From contig OX597816.1 of the NCBI GenBank assembly GCA_951406725.2, positions 59,272,001 to 59,336,000 on the forward strand: a stretch of 64,000 nt of DNA, given 5' to 3'. The notes beneath the pieces were generated by a model. That model had not been told where the DNA came from, made no database searches, and worked only from the letters and a program-made list of their open reading frames with translations. The position numbers and the translations under genes are program-made. This DNA is from Octopus vulgaris. Lineage: Eukaryota. Below, piece by piece: positions 57,001 to 64,000 of this stretch (the stretch's first letter is position 1; every line of letters begins with the position of its first letter).

Positions 57001-60000
57001 CGGATGCATCAACACTTTCAGTAGGTATATCCATTGCAATATCGGGACTGAAACTCTCAACAACAAGGTTATATTTGGGTTTACGTCCAGGAGTCTTTAC
57101 TCGCCTGAAAATTATATGTGTAAAAAATATACAGGAAATATCTAAACTTTGTCAGAATTTTTCAAATTATATTAACTCTTTACATGCTTGTCATTTTATA
57201 AAATCCATATATAATTAGAGTTTTTGAATTCTAATACATTATCTAAACAAAATTGTCCATTACATATTCAAATATTACACTATATTAGTTTTAAGACTAT
57301 ATCAGAAACAAAAATAAATTGACAAGTTACAGTTTTCTTTTTTCAATTCATAAATTTCTCAACAACAAATATGCATATTATTAAATTGAAATAGGGTTCA
57401 ATATTTGTTGAACTCATAATACAGCATAATGATGAGTGTAGAAATAGTGAAATAACTAAAAAAAATTCTGCTAACAATTCTTTTAAACAGGAAAATGAAG
57501 GGATGGATCAATCAAATCAGAAATGGCCATTATCAAATATTAAAACTATAAAATATTTTTATGTACTTTCTATTTTATTCGTTACTATTCATAAACAATT
57601 TTGAAAAGGACTACTCACGTTTTTTTCTTAACTAAATGTGATGGGGTTCCAACCGATTCTTTTCTAGGCCTGCCTGGTCCTCGCTTTTGCTGACTTCCAC
57701 CAAAACTTTCATTCAAGTCCCCAGCAGTACTCGACTGAGAAGAATCCACTGTTGCTGAAGACAGTAAGCCCTCAGCTTCCAAAAACATATTTGGAGAGGA
57801 TTGCAATTCACTATCAGATTTATTCTGTGAGTCATCAAAATATGTATTCCTATCAACAAAACTACTTGCTTTACTTTCTTTGACATCCATGTTCTCATCA
57901 TATTTTAATTCAGCTTGTTCTGAAGAAAGTTGTTGCATTAATACTGATTGGGATTTGGGAGATGTAGTTTGTTCTAAGGAAGATACAGAATGAGCTTGTG
58001 TAGATCTGTATGAAGAGAGGTTTTGCTCATTTGATGCCTCATTATCAGGTTCCCAATCCATTTCTTGTGATAGGGACTGTTCTGACAAAGGATGACTCGA
58101 AGAAGATTCTGAGCATTTTGGAGACTGGTCAATTTGCAATTGCCTTCTTTCCGGTTTCTGTTGCTTAGAGCTTTCAAACTCATATTGTAATTCTTGAAAT
58201 CGTTCAGTAAGAGGAATTTCTGAAACACAATGTAGATTCGAGTTTTCTGTAGAAACACTTCCTTTTGTTAATTCAGTGATATCTGATTTTTCTCTCTGCT
58301 GCAGTAGAAGATTCTGATCAAAGTTATCCACAGATTTTGTTTCAGATTCTACTATAAATTCCTGATTCAAATGAGTATCTTTCTTTCCTAAGTCTTGTAC
58401 TTCTTCATTTAATGTTAGTTCAGCTGTTAAATTCTCTGCTCCTGGGGAAGATTTTTCATTATCTGTTGATTGAACTGGCATTTCAATAGACTGAACTGAA
58501 TGCAAGTCTTGTTTTGTGCTACATCCAGATACTAACTCTGATTTATTGGATATAATAAATTGTTCCTGTTCAGCTGTTTCACTACTAGCAATTTCTGGTT
58601 TCATTTCCTGAGCATGTAATTCAGATGCAGAACCTGTAATAGATTCTACATCTGATTTTTCAGAAGAAACTAAATGCAAGTTCGTGCTCACAAATGAAAC
58701 AGATTGTATCTCTGATTCTTGAGTATCAACTGATTGTATTTCAGACCAAGTTGATTGTTGGGTAAGCTCAGATGCTGGAAGAGATTCAAGCTGTATCTCA
58801 ACAGCTGAGACAGTTTGTACTTCAGTATCTGTAGATGATTTACTCAATGACACACTGAACTGAGGAACATTTTGTTCTGATTCAGTAACTTGATATAGTA
58901 CCATCTCCTTTTCTTCTTGTGCCTCATGGAAAAATTTCCCTTCTTCAATCTGTTGATCACTCATTCCTATTGAGAGTGTTTCTGGAAGAGTTACTGATAC
59001 TACATCTTGCTTAACTGTTTGGAAAGTATAAAATCGTTGATCTTGTTCAGATGTTAGTGGATGATTGCCAAGATTTTCTTCAGTAGAAACATGTGGCTCT
59101 TCAACTGATAATGCACTTTGTTGCTCAGAATCTGTTTCAGAAAAGAGGGTTTGATTTATTTCAGAATGTTGTTCCTGTTCTGGTACAGGCTGTTCAACTT
59201 TAAGATCAGATGCAGTGTGTAAAGACTGCCTTTGTTTCAATTCTGATAGAGAACTTACGTGTTGATTTTCTGTTTCACCTTGATGTTCATTTTCTGGAAG
59301 CTGTTTCTGTACTTCTGATTTTGTACATAATTCTACAGTTTGATTGGTTTCTGACTCTGAATTTTGTTGCACAGATGACACAATTTGCTCTTGTTGTTTT
59401 ATCAACTCTGAAAGTGCTTGTGATTTTTCCTGCTGATTTTGCTCTAAAGATTCTGAAAAGGTTTGTTGATCTGATTCTATTATATTTTGCTGCTGTGAAT
59501 CAATATCAGAAATAACTGCCTGTAGTTGCTCAGTTTCTACAATTGGTTCCTTCTGATCACATTTTAACACCATTTCCTGTGACTGCTCCATTTCTGATAT
59601 CTCTGTTACTTCATAATTAGGCATAATTTCTTGTTGCAGTTGCTCATTATTAGATACCATTTCTTGCAACTGATCATTTTCCAACAACATTGGCTGCTGC
59701 TCAACTTCTGACACTGTTACTTGCATTTGAACAGCTTCAGATGGCAATTGCTGCTGCTGTTCAACTTCGGATACTGCATGTTGCTGTTCGACTTCAGATA
59801 ACAGCTGATGCTGCTCTGGTGCAGATTCAGACAAGTGTTGCTGCTTCTGTTCAACTTCAGCCATTGCCTGTTGCTGCTCAACTTCAGACACCATTTCTTG
59901 CAGCTGCTGCTGCTTAATTCTAGATACCATCTCTTGCAACTGCATAGCTTCCGGTATTTGCTGCTGCTGAAGATCACTTACCATCTCTTGTAAATGTTCA

Positions 60001-63000
60001 ACTTCAGACACATCTTGCAACTGCACGGTGTCAGATATGTGCTGTTGCTGATCAACTTCAGAAACCAGCTCTTCATGTTGCTCCTCAATTTCAGAAATTA
60101 TCTCCTGTGGTTGCTGTTCAACTTGAGAAACCATTTGTTGCTCTATTTCTAGTATTACATGAGCCTGCTTCGGTTCATTCACTATCTGCTGTTTCTTGTC
60201 ACTTTCAGATATCATATGAGGCTGCTCGACTTCTGAAACTAAATGCTGTGATTGCAAAATCTCATGCATCTGCTCATTAGCTTGTGATTGTTGTGATGAC
60301 ACAATCTGCTGGTGCACACCTTCACTCATCTGCTGTTGCTGCTCTCCTTCAGACAATACATACTGTTGTTGCTGAGGAACTTCTTCAGACAAAATCTGTT
60401 GTGGAACTTCTTCAGATAAAATCTGTTGTTGTTGTTCACCATCGCACACTATTTGTTGTAAATGAACCTCACCATCACAAACAATCTGTTGAAACTGCTG
60501 CTCACTCTCACACACAATACTCTGCTGCTGATAACCTTGGAACCTAATTTCTTGATCAGATATTTCAGATGCAATTTCCTGTTGTTGCTCATCAATACAT
60601 AACATCTCCTGCTGGTTGTCACTTTCAGAAACAACTGATTCAATTTCTTGTTGTTTATCTTCAGACACTTCTTGTTGCAATTCACTTTGGGACATAATTT
60701 TCACTGGTTCTCCTGAAACAATTTCCACTTGCTGTTGTTTAATATTCTCAGATAATATCTGTTCTTGGGGCATATCATCAAGCCCTACTAATTGCTGACT
60801 ATTATTTTCTGATAATATTTGAGGTTGCTGTCCAGGTGTGGTAACAATTTGTTGCAACATGCTTTCCATAACAATTTCTTGCTGTTGTACAACTTGTTGC
60901 TGTTCAGCTTCAAGCACAATCTCTGGTTGCTGTTGTTCAGTTTCCAATATAGTTGGCTCAGCTTCTGATACAGTTGCATCAGCTTCTGATATATCCTGCT
61001 CTGCTGTTGAGATTTCCAATTGATCAGGTAAAATTCCCACATGCTGTTCAGATGAAGACACAATCTCTTGTTGATTTGATTTAGATATAAGTTGGGCTTT
61101 TTGATGGTGTCCAGATTCCAACAAAATTGGTTGTTGCTGAGTAAATGTAGATTCTGACACAACTTGTAGTACTTCCTCTGATTCTGTCAGAATAGGTTGC
61201 CATTGTTCACACTTTGGCGAAGTCTTTTGTTGTTGCTCTTCTTTACATATAAACTGTGATTGTTCATCAGGTTCATAATTTTGCTGCTTTTCATCAAACT
61301 GTTGTAGCTCCTGCTCTGGTTCAGGTATGAACTGTGTTTGTTCAGGAATAAACTGCACTTGCTGTTCTTCAATATCTGGAATAAACTGTGTCTCATGCTC
61401 TGCTTGAGGTATAAACTGCAATTGCTCATGTGAAGTTAAATGAGATGGTATCTCTTCTGATACACAGTGCAGTTGCTCTTCTGTGATAGCTGGTTGCTGT
61501 TCTTCTGATACATATTGCTCAGCTCATGTTGTTCTTGCAATTCAAACTGCATGTGTTTTTCAGATGAAAATTCTGTTGTTTGATCTCCAGACTCAAACTC
61601 ATTTTGCTGATCATGAGAGGCAAATTGCACTTGCTGTTCCTCGGAAATAAACTCAACTTGCTGCTCTTCAGAGATGAACTCAACTTGCTGCTCCTCAGAA
61701 ATGAACTCAACTTGCTGCTCCTCAGAAATGAACTCGACTTGCTGTTCTTCTTGTAGTTGTAAGAACTGCACATGTTGCTCATTAGGTATTTGCACAAACT
61801 CCATTTGTGGTTCCTCAGAGATTGTCTCAAATTGCATTTGCTCTTCTTCAGATATTGACTGAATTTGTACTTCTTGAGCTTCAGACTCTGCACCCACAAA
61901 CTGAGGGACTTGTTCAGTTTCTGTGGCAAGTTGGGGTAACACTTTTGATGGAGATTGTTCTTCAGAAACCAATGCCAACTGTACTTGCTCATCTGGCACA
62001 AAGTTCTTCTGTTGTTGCTCTGATTCAAGAATAATTGTTTCTTTCTTTGTAGATGTTTCATATTTCTTCTCTTCCTCTTGAAGTTGCTCTTTAGGTACAA
62101 ATTGTTGTAGATGTATAGAATCTTGTAATGTTTGCTGCTGGATTGATTTTTGTAAAATGAATTCTGGTAGAATCTGCTGCGAGTCTGAAATTTGTTGCCA
62201 TTCAGCTGTACATCTATCTTGCTTGATTTCTTGTCTAGATTCTGGTGTAGAAGAAACCACATGAGTAGATTCTGATTCAACATATTGTGGTTGTTCCGTT
62301 TCTGGGTTAATAGTCTGTTCATATTCATGATCATAATGGGAAACTTGTGTTTGTTCAAATTCTGCCACAGGTATTTGTTGCTGGTTTGAATCTGAATCAA
62401 GACTTGGTACGTGTTCTGACTCTGGTGTAACTGGCTTTGCTTCAGATGTAACCAATTGAGAATTTGTCTCTTCCTGTTGAAATTCTGTCTCACAATCTTG
62501 TTTGTTTTGTTGCATGAATGTTTGATGCAACGTATCTTGAATTTCTGACAAAGATCTATGAGAATTACCCATTTCAACATCATCCACATCTGAAACAGAA
62601 TCCTGAAGTTTAACATCATGAATAGGCTGAATGTTTTGCTCCAGCTCATGTTGCAAACCAGCCTGTGACTCTGGAGAGAAACCTGCTTTGGTGTCTGACA
62701 ACACAACTTGTTGTACACCTTCTTGTTGCCCTGGTAAAAGTAGAACATCCTGTGTTTCAAACTGTTCAGTTTGCTCAATTGTTGCTGGTTGAAATAATAC
62801 CTGCTCATAGCTTTGTGCTGTTGATAAATCTTGTGAAGTACTTGTTTCCTGGTTCCATAACTGACTATTTTTTGATATTTCTGGTTGTTCTTTATCTTCA
62901 AATGATTGGCATGGAAGTGGAGGAGATTGCTGAGATGTATTAGAAGGACGTGGAGAAGATACCAAACACTCTGAAGGATTAGTTTGAGTTGAACATAATT

Positions 63001-63174
63001 GTTGATCTTGCTCTTCACTTGTTTGCTGGAGTACTTTACTTTCAGAATTACTCTGCAACTGTGATTGTACGTTATCACCATCATTACTTATAGGAAGATT
63101 AGTAGTTGCAGAATCAGGTAATTCTTCAGGTTCTTGGTGTTTCTCCACCAGCTTTTCTTTTTCTATTAATTGGG
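4403..63174 (-). CDS. KMT2C: KMT2C/MLL3-type histone H3K4 methyltransferase, 5' part (spliced gene span; incomplete at both ends)
   Basis: 23 GT-AG exons join in frame. Peptides match hallmark KMT2C/D segments: [83 protein letters not shown] fourth N-terminal PHD (CPLCGKAY...YVHVEC) is present, as in KMT2C. Confidence 0.93.
6180..6300 (+). mobile_element. SINE 3' fragment (same family as 26384-26998 and 49679-49895)
   Basis: caactttgcctttt..tgggatcaataaaataaa..tgtgcctaaattagaaacc is the reverse complement of those copies. Confidence 0.5.
7320..7570 (+). mobile_element. Degenerate SINE (CORE-like gtgtccttgagcaag motif; 3' part related to the 26506-26889 SINE)
   Basis: ttaatttcac...gatcagatcaaatggaac...gtcattgtaatc resembles the reverse complement of 26510-26600. 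Confidence 0.45.
7577..7676. other. Assembly gap (100 N)
   Basis: Run of N. Confidence 1.
8135..8320 (-). mobile_element. RTE LINE 3' end / derived short element with (GAT)n tail
   Basis: Near-identical to the reverse complement of 21560-21735. Confidence 0.8.
8345..8630 (-). mobile_element. Penelope-like element terminal fragment between (TA)n runs
   Basis: Contains a minimal type-I hammerhead and is flanked by TA microsatellites. Confidence 0.55.
8380..8463 (-). ncRNA. Minimal type-I hammerhead ribozyme motif
   Basis: UGG-CUGAUGA-[long stem II: UGCU/AGCA, CAUUUUA/UAAAAUG, UGUUGUAA/UUACAAUA]-GAAAC-GAUC-GUA-CCA. Intact core, palindromic stem III (ACGAUCGU), GUA cleavage triplet. Confidence 0.7.
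9680..10830 (-). mobile_element. Degenerate RTE-clade LINE fragment
   Basis: ORF 10241-10498 ([22 protein letters not shown]) is homologous to 22597-22962. Confidence 0.8.
11268..12925 (-). mobile_element. RTE-1-like LINE, 5'-truncated, internally deleted, frameshifted
   Basis: RT motifs [37 protein letters not shown]; C-terminal WAGHV...RPPRRW; short tandem tail (tcaaagtga)n. Confidence 0.93.
12930..13220. repeat. (TA)n / TATACG-interrupted microsatellite
   Basis: Read directly from the sequence. Confidence 0.98.
13219..13642. mobile_element. Penelope-like terminus: ~120-bp inverted repeat plus ~50-bp tail
   Basis: 13219-13340 and 13468-13589 are near-perfect reverse complements. A hammerhead-like motif lies inside, and the element is embedded in (TA)n. 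Confidence 0.7.
13341..13385 (-). ncRNA. Variant minimal hammerhead motif (A9 to C)
   Basis: GGACCA-CUGAUGC-G-GUCACA-GGAG-UGUGAC-GAAAG-AA-CUU-UGGCC. Confidence 0.5.
13690..13952 (+). repeat. G-rich low-complexity tract with short tandem duplications
   Basis: Many GGG/GGGG runs; gagagtggggaaagcacagg x2 and gataggggtgaggtatg x2. Confidence 0.8.
13960..15530 (-). mobile_element. CR1/L2-group LINE RT fragment (pseudogenised)
   Basis: [32 protein letters not shown] region, VRDLGI. Confidence 0.9.
15530..15750. repeat. CT-rich low-complexity tract
   Basis: Read directly from the sequence. Confidence 0.8.
15808..18520 (+). mobile_element. CR1/L2-group LINE: ORF1 with CCCH zinc finger, APE endonuclease and N-terminal RT; 3'-truncated
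   Basis: [22 protein letters not shown]; NIRGL..LTETHL, YRPP, MGDFN, ILDLCF; [23 protein letters not shown]; several frameshifts. Confidence 0.92.
18634..20680 (-). mobile_element. Helitron RepHel (PIF1 helicase) remnant
   Basis: [65 protein letters not shown]. Probable decayed 3' end acgggtgcttgccagctaa near 18634. Confidence 0.92.
20741..21735 (+). mobile_element. RTE-clade LINE 3' part with 3' UTR and (GAT)n tail
   Basis: SFRYLGD...[10 protein letters not shown]...RGRPRNTW; tail gatgatgatgat. Confidence 0.92.
21781..22962 (-). mobile_element. RTE-clade LINE 3' part, same family, tail-to-tail with the previous copy
   Basis: ORFs 22266-22604 and 22597-22962; catcatcat tail at 21781. Confidence 0.92.
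23305..23520 (-). CDS. KMT2C: Exon ([22 protein letters not shown]...EDTCEK)
   Basis: tttacag| and G|gtattt; resembles the DGVxLxxxG motif and basic stretch that follow the PHDs in KMT2C. Confidence 0.9.
24983..25198. mobile_element. piggyBac-like MITE
   Basis: Imperfect TIRs cccttttgttacca / tggtattagaaggg followed by TTAA. Confidence 0.55.
25287..25487 (-). CDS. KMT2C: Polyproline exon (P20-AL-P7[12 protein letters not shown]...)
   Basis: tttttcag| and G|gtatg; phase 1-1; mixed CCN codons argue for coding. Confidence 0.88.
25553..25772. mobile_element. piggyBac-like MITE
   Basis: TTAA-ccccttatagacagatttagtactgac ... gtcagtaccacttcatgtctgcaagggg; ~30-bp imperfect TIRs. Confidence 0.55.
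26384..26998 (-). mobile_element. tRNA-derived SINE (host), interrupted by a nested SINE
   Basis: Collinear with the intact copy at 49679-49895 once 26506-26901 is removed. Confidence 0.8.
26506..26889 (-). mobile_element. Young tRNA-derived SINE with 12-bp TSD
   Basis: Head GGAGGCGCAATGGCCCAGTGGTTAGG...GGTTTCGATTCCC (A/B boxes); TSD gaaaggcaaagt at 26494-26505 and 26890-26901. Confidence 0.9.
27109..27221 (-). CDS. KMT2C: PHD exon ([30 protein letters not shown]...)
   Basis: tttttag| and |gtaagt. Confidence 0.95.
29573..29737 (-). CDS. KMT2C: Exon ([13 protein letters not shown]...[11 protein letters not shown]...VIQCVQCDR)
   Basis: ttttatag| and AG|gtaag. Confidence 0.96.
29889..30070 (-). 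CDS. KMT2C: PHD exon ([22 protein letters not shown]...GPWKCKW)
   Basis: ttttag| and TG|gtatgt; closely matches the conserved KMT2C/D double PHD. Confidence 0.97.
30325..31920 (-). mobile_element. Degenerate RTE-clade LINE
   Basis: (ATC)n tail at ~30330; [15 protein letters not shown] in ORF 31473-31679. Confidence 0.88.
33405..33509 (-). CDS. KMT2C: PHD exon ([10 protein letters not shown]...[16 protein letters not shown])
   Basis: ttgctag| and AAG|gtaag. Confidence 0.96.
34731..34826 (-). CDS. KMT2C: Exon (SLYPT...[16 protein letters not shown])
   Basis: ctttgcag| and CAG|gtaaac; TVV...D.Y/F.L.Q motif that precedes the PHD cluster. Confidence 0.9.
35086..35492. mobile_element. Non-autonomous DNA transposon (MITE) with internal CCCTAA repeats
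   Basis: TIRs gggaacttttcagtttgaacggcag / ctgccgttcaaaacgaaaagatccc; TSD caataat; ccctaactaaccctaaccctaa inside. Confidence 0.8.
36338..36445 (-). CDS. KMT2C: Basic exon ([13 protein letters not shown]...[10 protein letters not shown]...NQ)
   Basis: ttattcag| and |gtaaat; Arg-rich like the KMT2C linker before the second PHD cluster. Confidence 0.85.
37645..37785 (-). CDS. KMT2C: Exon (GSPLQLTS...[11 protein letters not shown])
   Basis: attatag| and |gtatgt; 141 bp, phase 0-0. Confidence 0.82.
39535..39997 (+). mobile_element. ~460-bp secondary insertion in the (AAT)n tract of copy A, possibly a 5'-truncated LINE 3' end
   Basis: Flanked by (AAT)n on both sides; absent from the left arm and from copy B. 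Confidence 0.6.
40073..40118 (+). ncRNA. Minimal hammerhead motif (core intact, 3' stem I shortened)
   Basis: GACAC-CUGAUGA-A-GGCUG-GAGGGUAUAU-CAGCC-GAAAC-GUAUUAAC. Confidence 0.55.
40720..41960 (-). mobile_element. Degenerate RTE-clade LINE
   Basis: Homologous to 22300-22960 and 31000-31900 (acctaggtaacagaa, ggtcatcagca = YLG and ADDL motifs). Confidence 0.8.
42915..43042 (-). CDS. KMT2C: Exon ([10 protein letters not shown]...DMSSLEK)
   Basis: tttttcag| and |gtatgt; open acidic frame, phase 1 to 0. Confidence 0.82.
43751..43808 (-). CDS. KMT2C: Exon ([19 protein letters not shown])
   Basis: ttttacag| and G|gtatat; bridges phase 0 to phase 1. Confidence 0.78.
43902..44016 (-). CDS. KMT2C: Exon (YVHVECV...[13 protein letters not shown])
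   Basis: tttttag| and GAG|gtact; completes the PHD. Confidence 0.9.
44236..44696. mobile_element. Fold-back tRNA-head/Penelope-tail element (copy B)
   Basis: 16-bp TSD aaaggtaatttgttca (44220-44235, 44697-44712); inverted arms; hammerhead motifs at 44313-44358(-) and 44604-44645(+), both mutated. Confidence 0.87.
44754..44944 (-). CDS. KMT2C: Exon (HCRVCGDCG...[21 protein letters not shown]...MLQCKICQK)
   Basis: ttttcag| and |gtgagt; zinc knuckle and start of the fourth PHD. Confidence 0.95.
45150..45860 (+). mobile_element. Tc1/mariner-superfamily transposase remnant
   Basis: [33 protein letters not shown], then a degenerate SPDLNP-like sequence (tcgccagacctcaacccactc). Confidence 0.8.
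46072..46186 (-). CDS. KMT2C: PHD exon ([25 protein letters not shown]...NGWKCK)
   Basis: tttctag| and |gtatgt; visible in ORF 46024-46218. Confidence 0.95.
49006..49183 (-). CDS. KMT2C: PHD exon (LCIACS...[14 protein letters not shown]...[15 protein letters not shown])
   Basis: tttacag| and |gtaag; canonical PHD. Confidence 0.95.
49320..49377 (-). CDS. KMT2C: Exon ([19 protein letters not shown])
   Basis: ttttag| and G|gtaag; LLCPEH closes the ePHD. Confidence 0.92.
49679..49895 (-). mobile_element. tRNA-derived SINE, full-length degenerate copy
   Basis: Same family as the 26384-26998 host; head aaggtggtgagctcg...atgccaggcaaaatgcttagc. Confidence 0.75.
49929..50033 (-). CDS. KMT2C: ePHD exon ([35 protein letters not shown])
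   Basis: tttacag| and |gtaagt; ePHD core. Confidence 0.95.
52526..52635 (-). CDS. KMT2C: ePHD exon ([15 protein letters not shown]...[11 protein letters not shown])
   Basis: attcag| and CAG|gtaaat; WxHxxCxxWSxGV motif. Confidence 0.93.
54065..54204 (-). CDS. KMT2C: Exon (...[24 protein letters not shown])
   Basis: attgtag| and G|gtaac; contains the DELSLVG motif. Confidence 0.92.
54717..54932 (-). CDS. KMT2C: Exon, start of extended PHD ([17 protein letters not shown]...)
   Basis: ttttacag| and AG|gtaat; matches the KMT2C ePHD pre-zinc finger. Confidence 0.92.
55128..55317. mobile_element. pogo/Tigger-like MITE
   Basis: Imperfect TIRs tcgcattttccagcata / tatgccagaaaatatga flanked by TA. 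Confidence 0.45.
55345..55435 (-). CDS. KMT2C: Exon (DNPCVEAID...SGIL)
   Basis: cttctag| acceptor, AG|gtaat donor; bridges phase 1 to phase 2 as required. Confidence 0.8.
55824..56333. repeat. Exact tandem duplication, 2 x 255 bp
   Basis: 55824-56078 appears identical to 56079-56333, with AAC microhomology at the junctions. Confidence 0.95.
56860..57104 (-). CDS. KMT2C: Exon ([13 protein letters not shown]...ETPSG)
   Basis: ttttcag| acceptor, G|gtaat donor, open frame, phases 2 to 1. Confidence 0.85.
57619..63174 (-). CDS. KMT2C: Giant exon (5556 bp): Q/E-rich low-complexity region ending in an AT-hook (KRGPGRPRK); apparent 1-nt frameshift at ~61521-61525
   Basis: Acceptor ttctatttgtag|CC at 63174 and donor AC|gtgagt at 57619. 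The ORFs 61436-63259 and 57615-61421 have the same composition and join across CAT GAG CT GAG CAA. The phase-2 end matches the next exon. Confidence 0.8.
61622..61750 (-). repeat. Coding minisatellite, 27-bp unit (EEQQVEFIS) x4 plus a partial fifth
   Basis: Seen in the translation of 61436-63259; synonymous variation between units. Confidence 0.92.
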
Positions 63175-64000
63175 CTACAAATAGAACAAAACAATTTGCA
63201 ATCAAATATATTAGTACATTTATATGACAAAAAATGGGCTGAAATAAAATAAAATGCACATTCTCTGAGAGTAGTTGATAGCACTTGCTACCAAGGTGAT
63301 ATAATTTGCAGGTTATTTATACATATGAGGAAGGATTGAACATTTGCTTTTGCATGTATACATAAATGTTTACATGTAAGTGTGTGTGTGAGAGAGAGAG
63401 AGAGAAATCATTATTCATCATTTAACATCTTAATACCCATCTTCCATACTAGCATGGGTTAAATGGATCAACAGGATCCAACGAGCAAGAAGACTGCAGT
63501 GAGCTTCATAGTCTACTTTGGCATAGTTTCTGCCACACTGAATTCCATCTGATCCATGTGAGCATGGAAAAGAGAAAAAGATATGTTTGATATAACACAA
63601 TAGTTGTAAATGAGCATCAGTGTTATACAAGCATTGTTATTCATTTCCAATCTAATGTGGAAACATGTCCAGCCGTGGGGGAAAATAATATGCATGGAAG
63701 AAAGTGAAGGTTAGTGGCTGGAAGCCATAGAAAATCTGCTTCAGCAAATTTTGCCTGAACCATACAAGTATGAAAATGGGGATGTTAAAATAAAGATGAT
63801 TATATTTTTATATGTATATCTGAGTGAGTGAGTGTGAGAGTGTGTGTGTGTATGTGTACATTGATGTGTGTGAGTACATGATGATATACATGTATATGTG
63901 CATATATAAATGTTCATATGCATATATGTAAGTACATGTGTTTTTATTTATATTGTTCATCATCACTGTTCCTTTATTTTTACATCTGTTTTTCCATGAT

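Noticed and set aside
61519-63084. 521-aa alternative-frame ORF as an overlapping gene
   Set aside because: Shadow frame expected from CAA/GAA/CAG-biased codons, which rarely create stops in that frame.
1-64000. CRISPR arrays, operons or other prokaryotic systems
   Set aside because: Eukaryotic intron-exon DNA with no repeat-spacer arrays.

Overview
AT-rich, repeat-dense animal genomic DNA. The SINE/LINE families look like those I know from Octopus (inference, no search run). The minus strand carries the 5' portion of a KMT2C/MLL3-type H3K4 methyltransferase gene. I traced 23 phase-consistent GT-AG exons from 63174 to 4403: a 5.6-kb Q/E-rich exon with an AT-hook and one apparent frameshift, an extended PHD plus three PHDs, a second cluster of three PHDs, and a polyproline exon. 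The start codon and the HMG/FYR/SET part lie outside the window. The introns hold RTE and CR1-like LINEs, a Helitron, a Tc1/mariner remnant, tRNA-derived SINEs and MITEs, plus a 100-N gap. The most unusual signal is a family of fold-back insertions with target-site duplications (39177-40161, 44236-44696, and a degenerate relative at 380-732). In these, two tRNA-like Pol III heads sit head-to-head and each arm ends in a Penelope-type minimal hammerhead ribozyme motif. Two further, unrelated Penelope-type hammerheads (8380-8463, 13341-13385) lie on the sense strand of the pre-mRNA.
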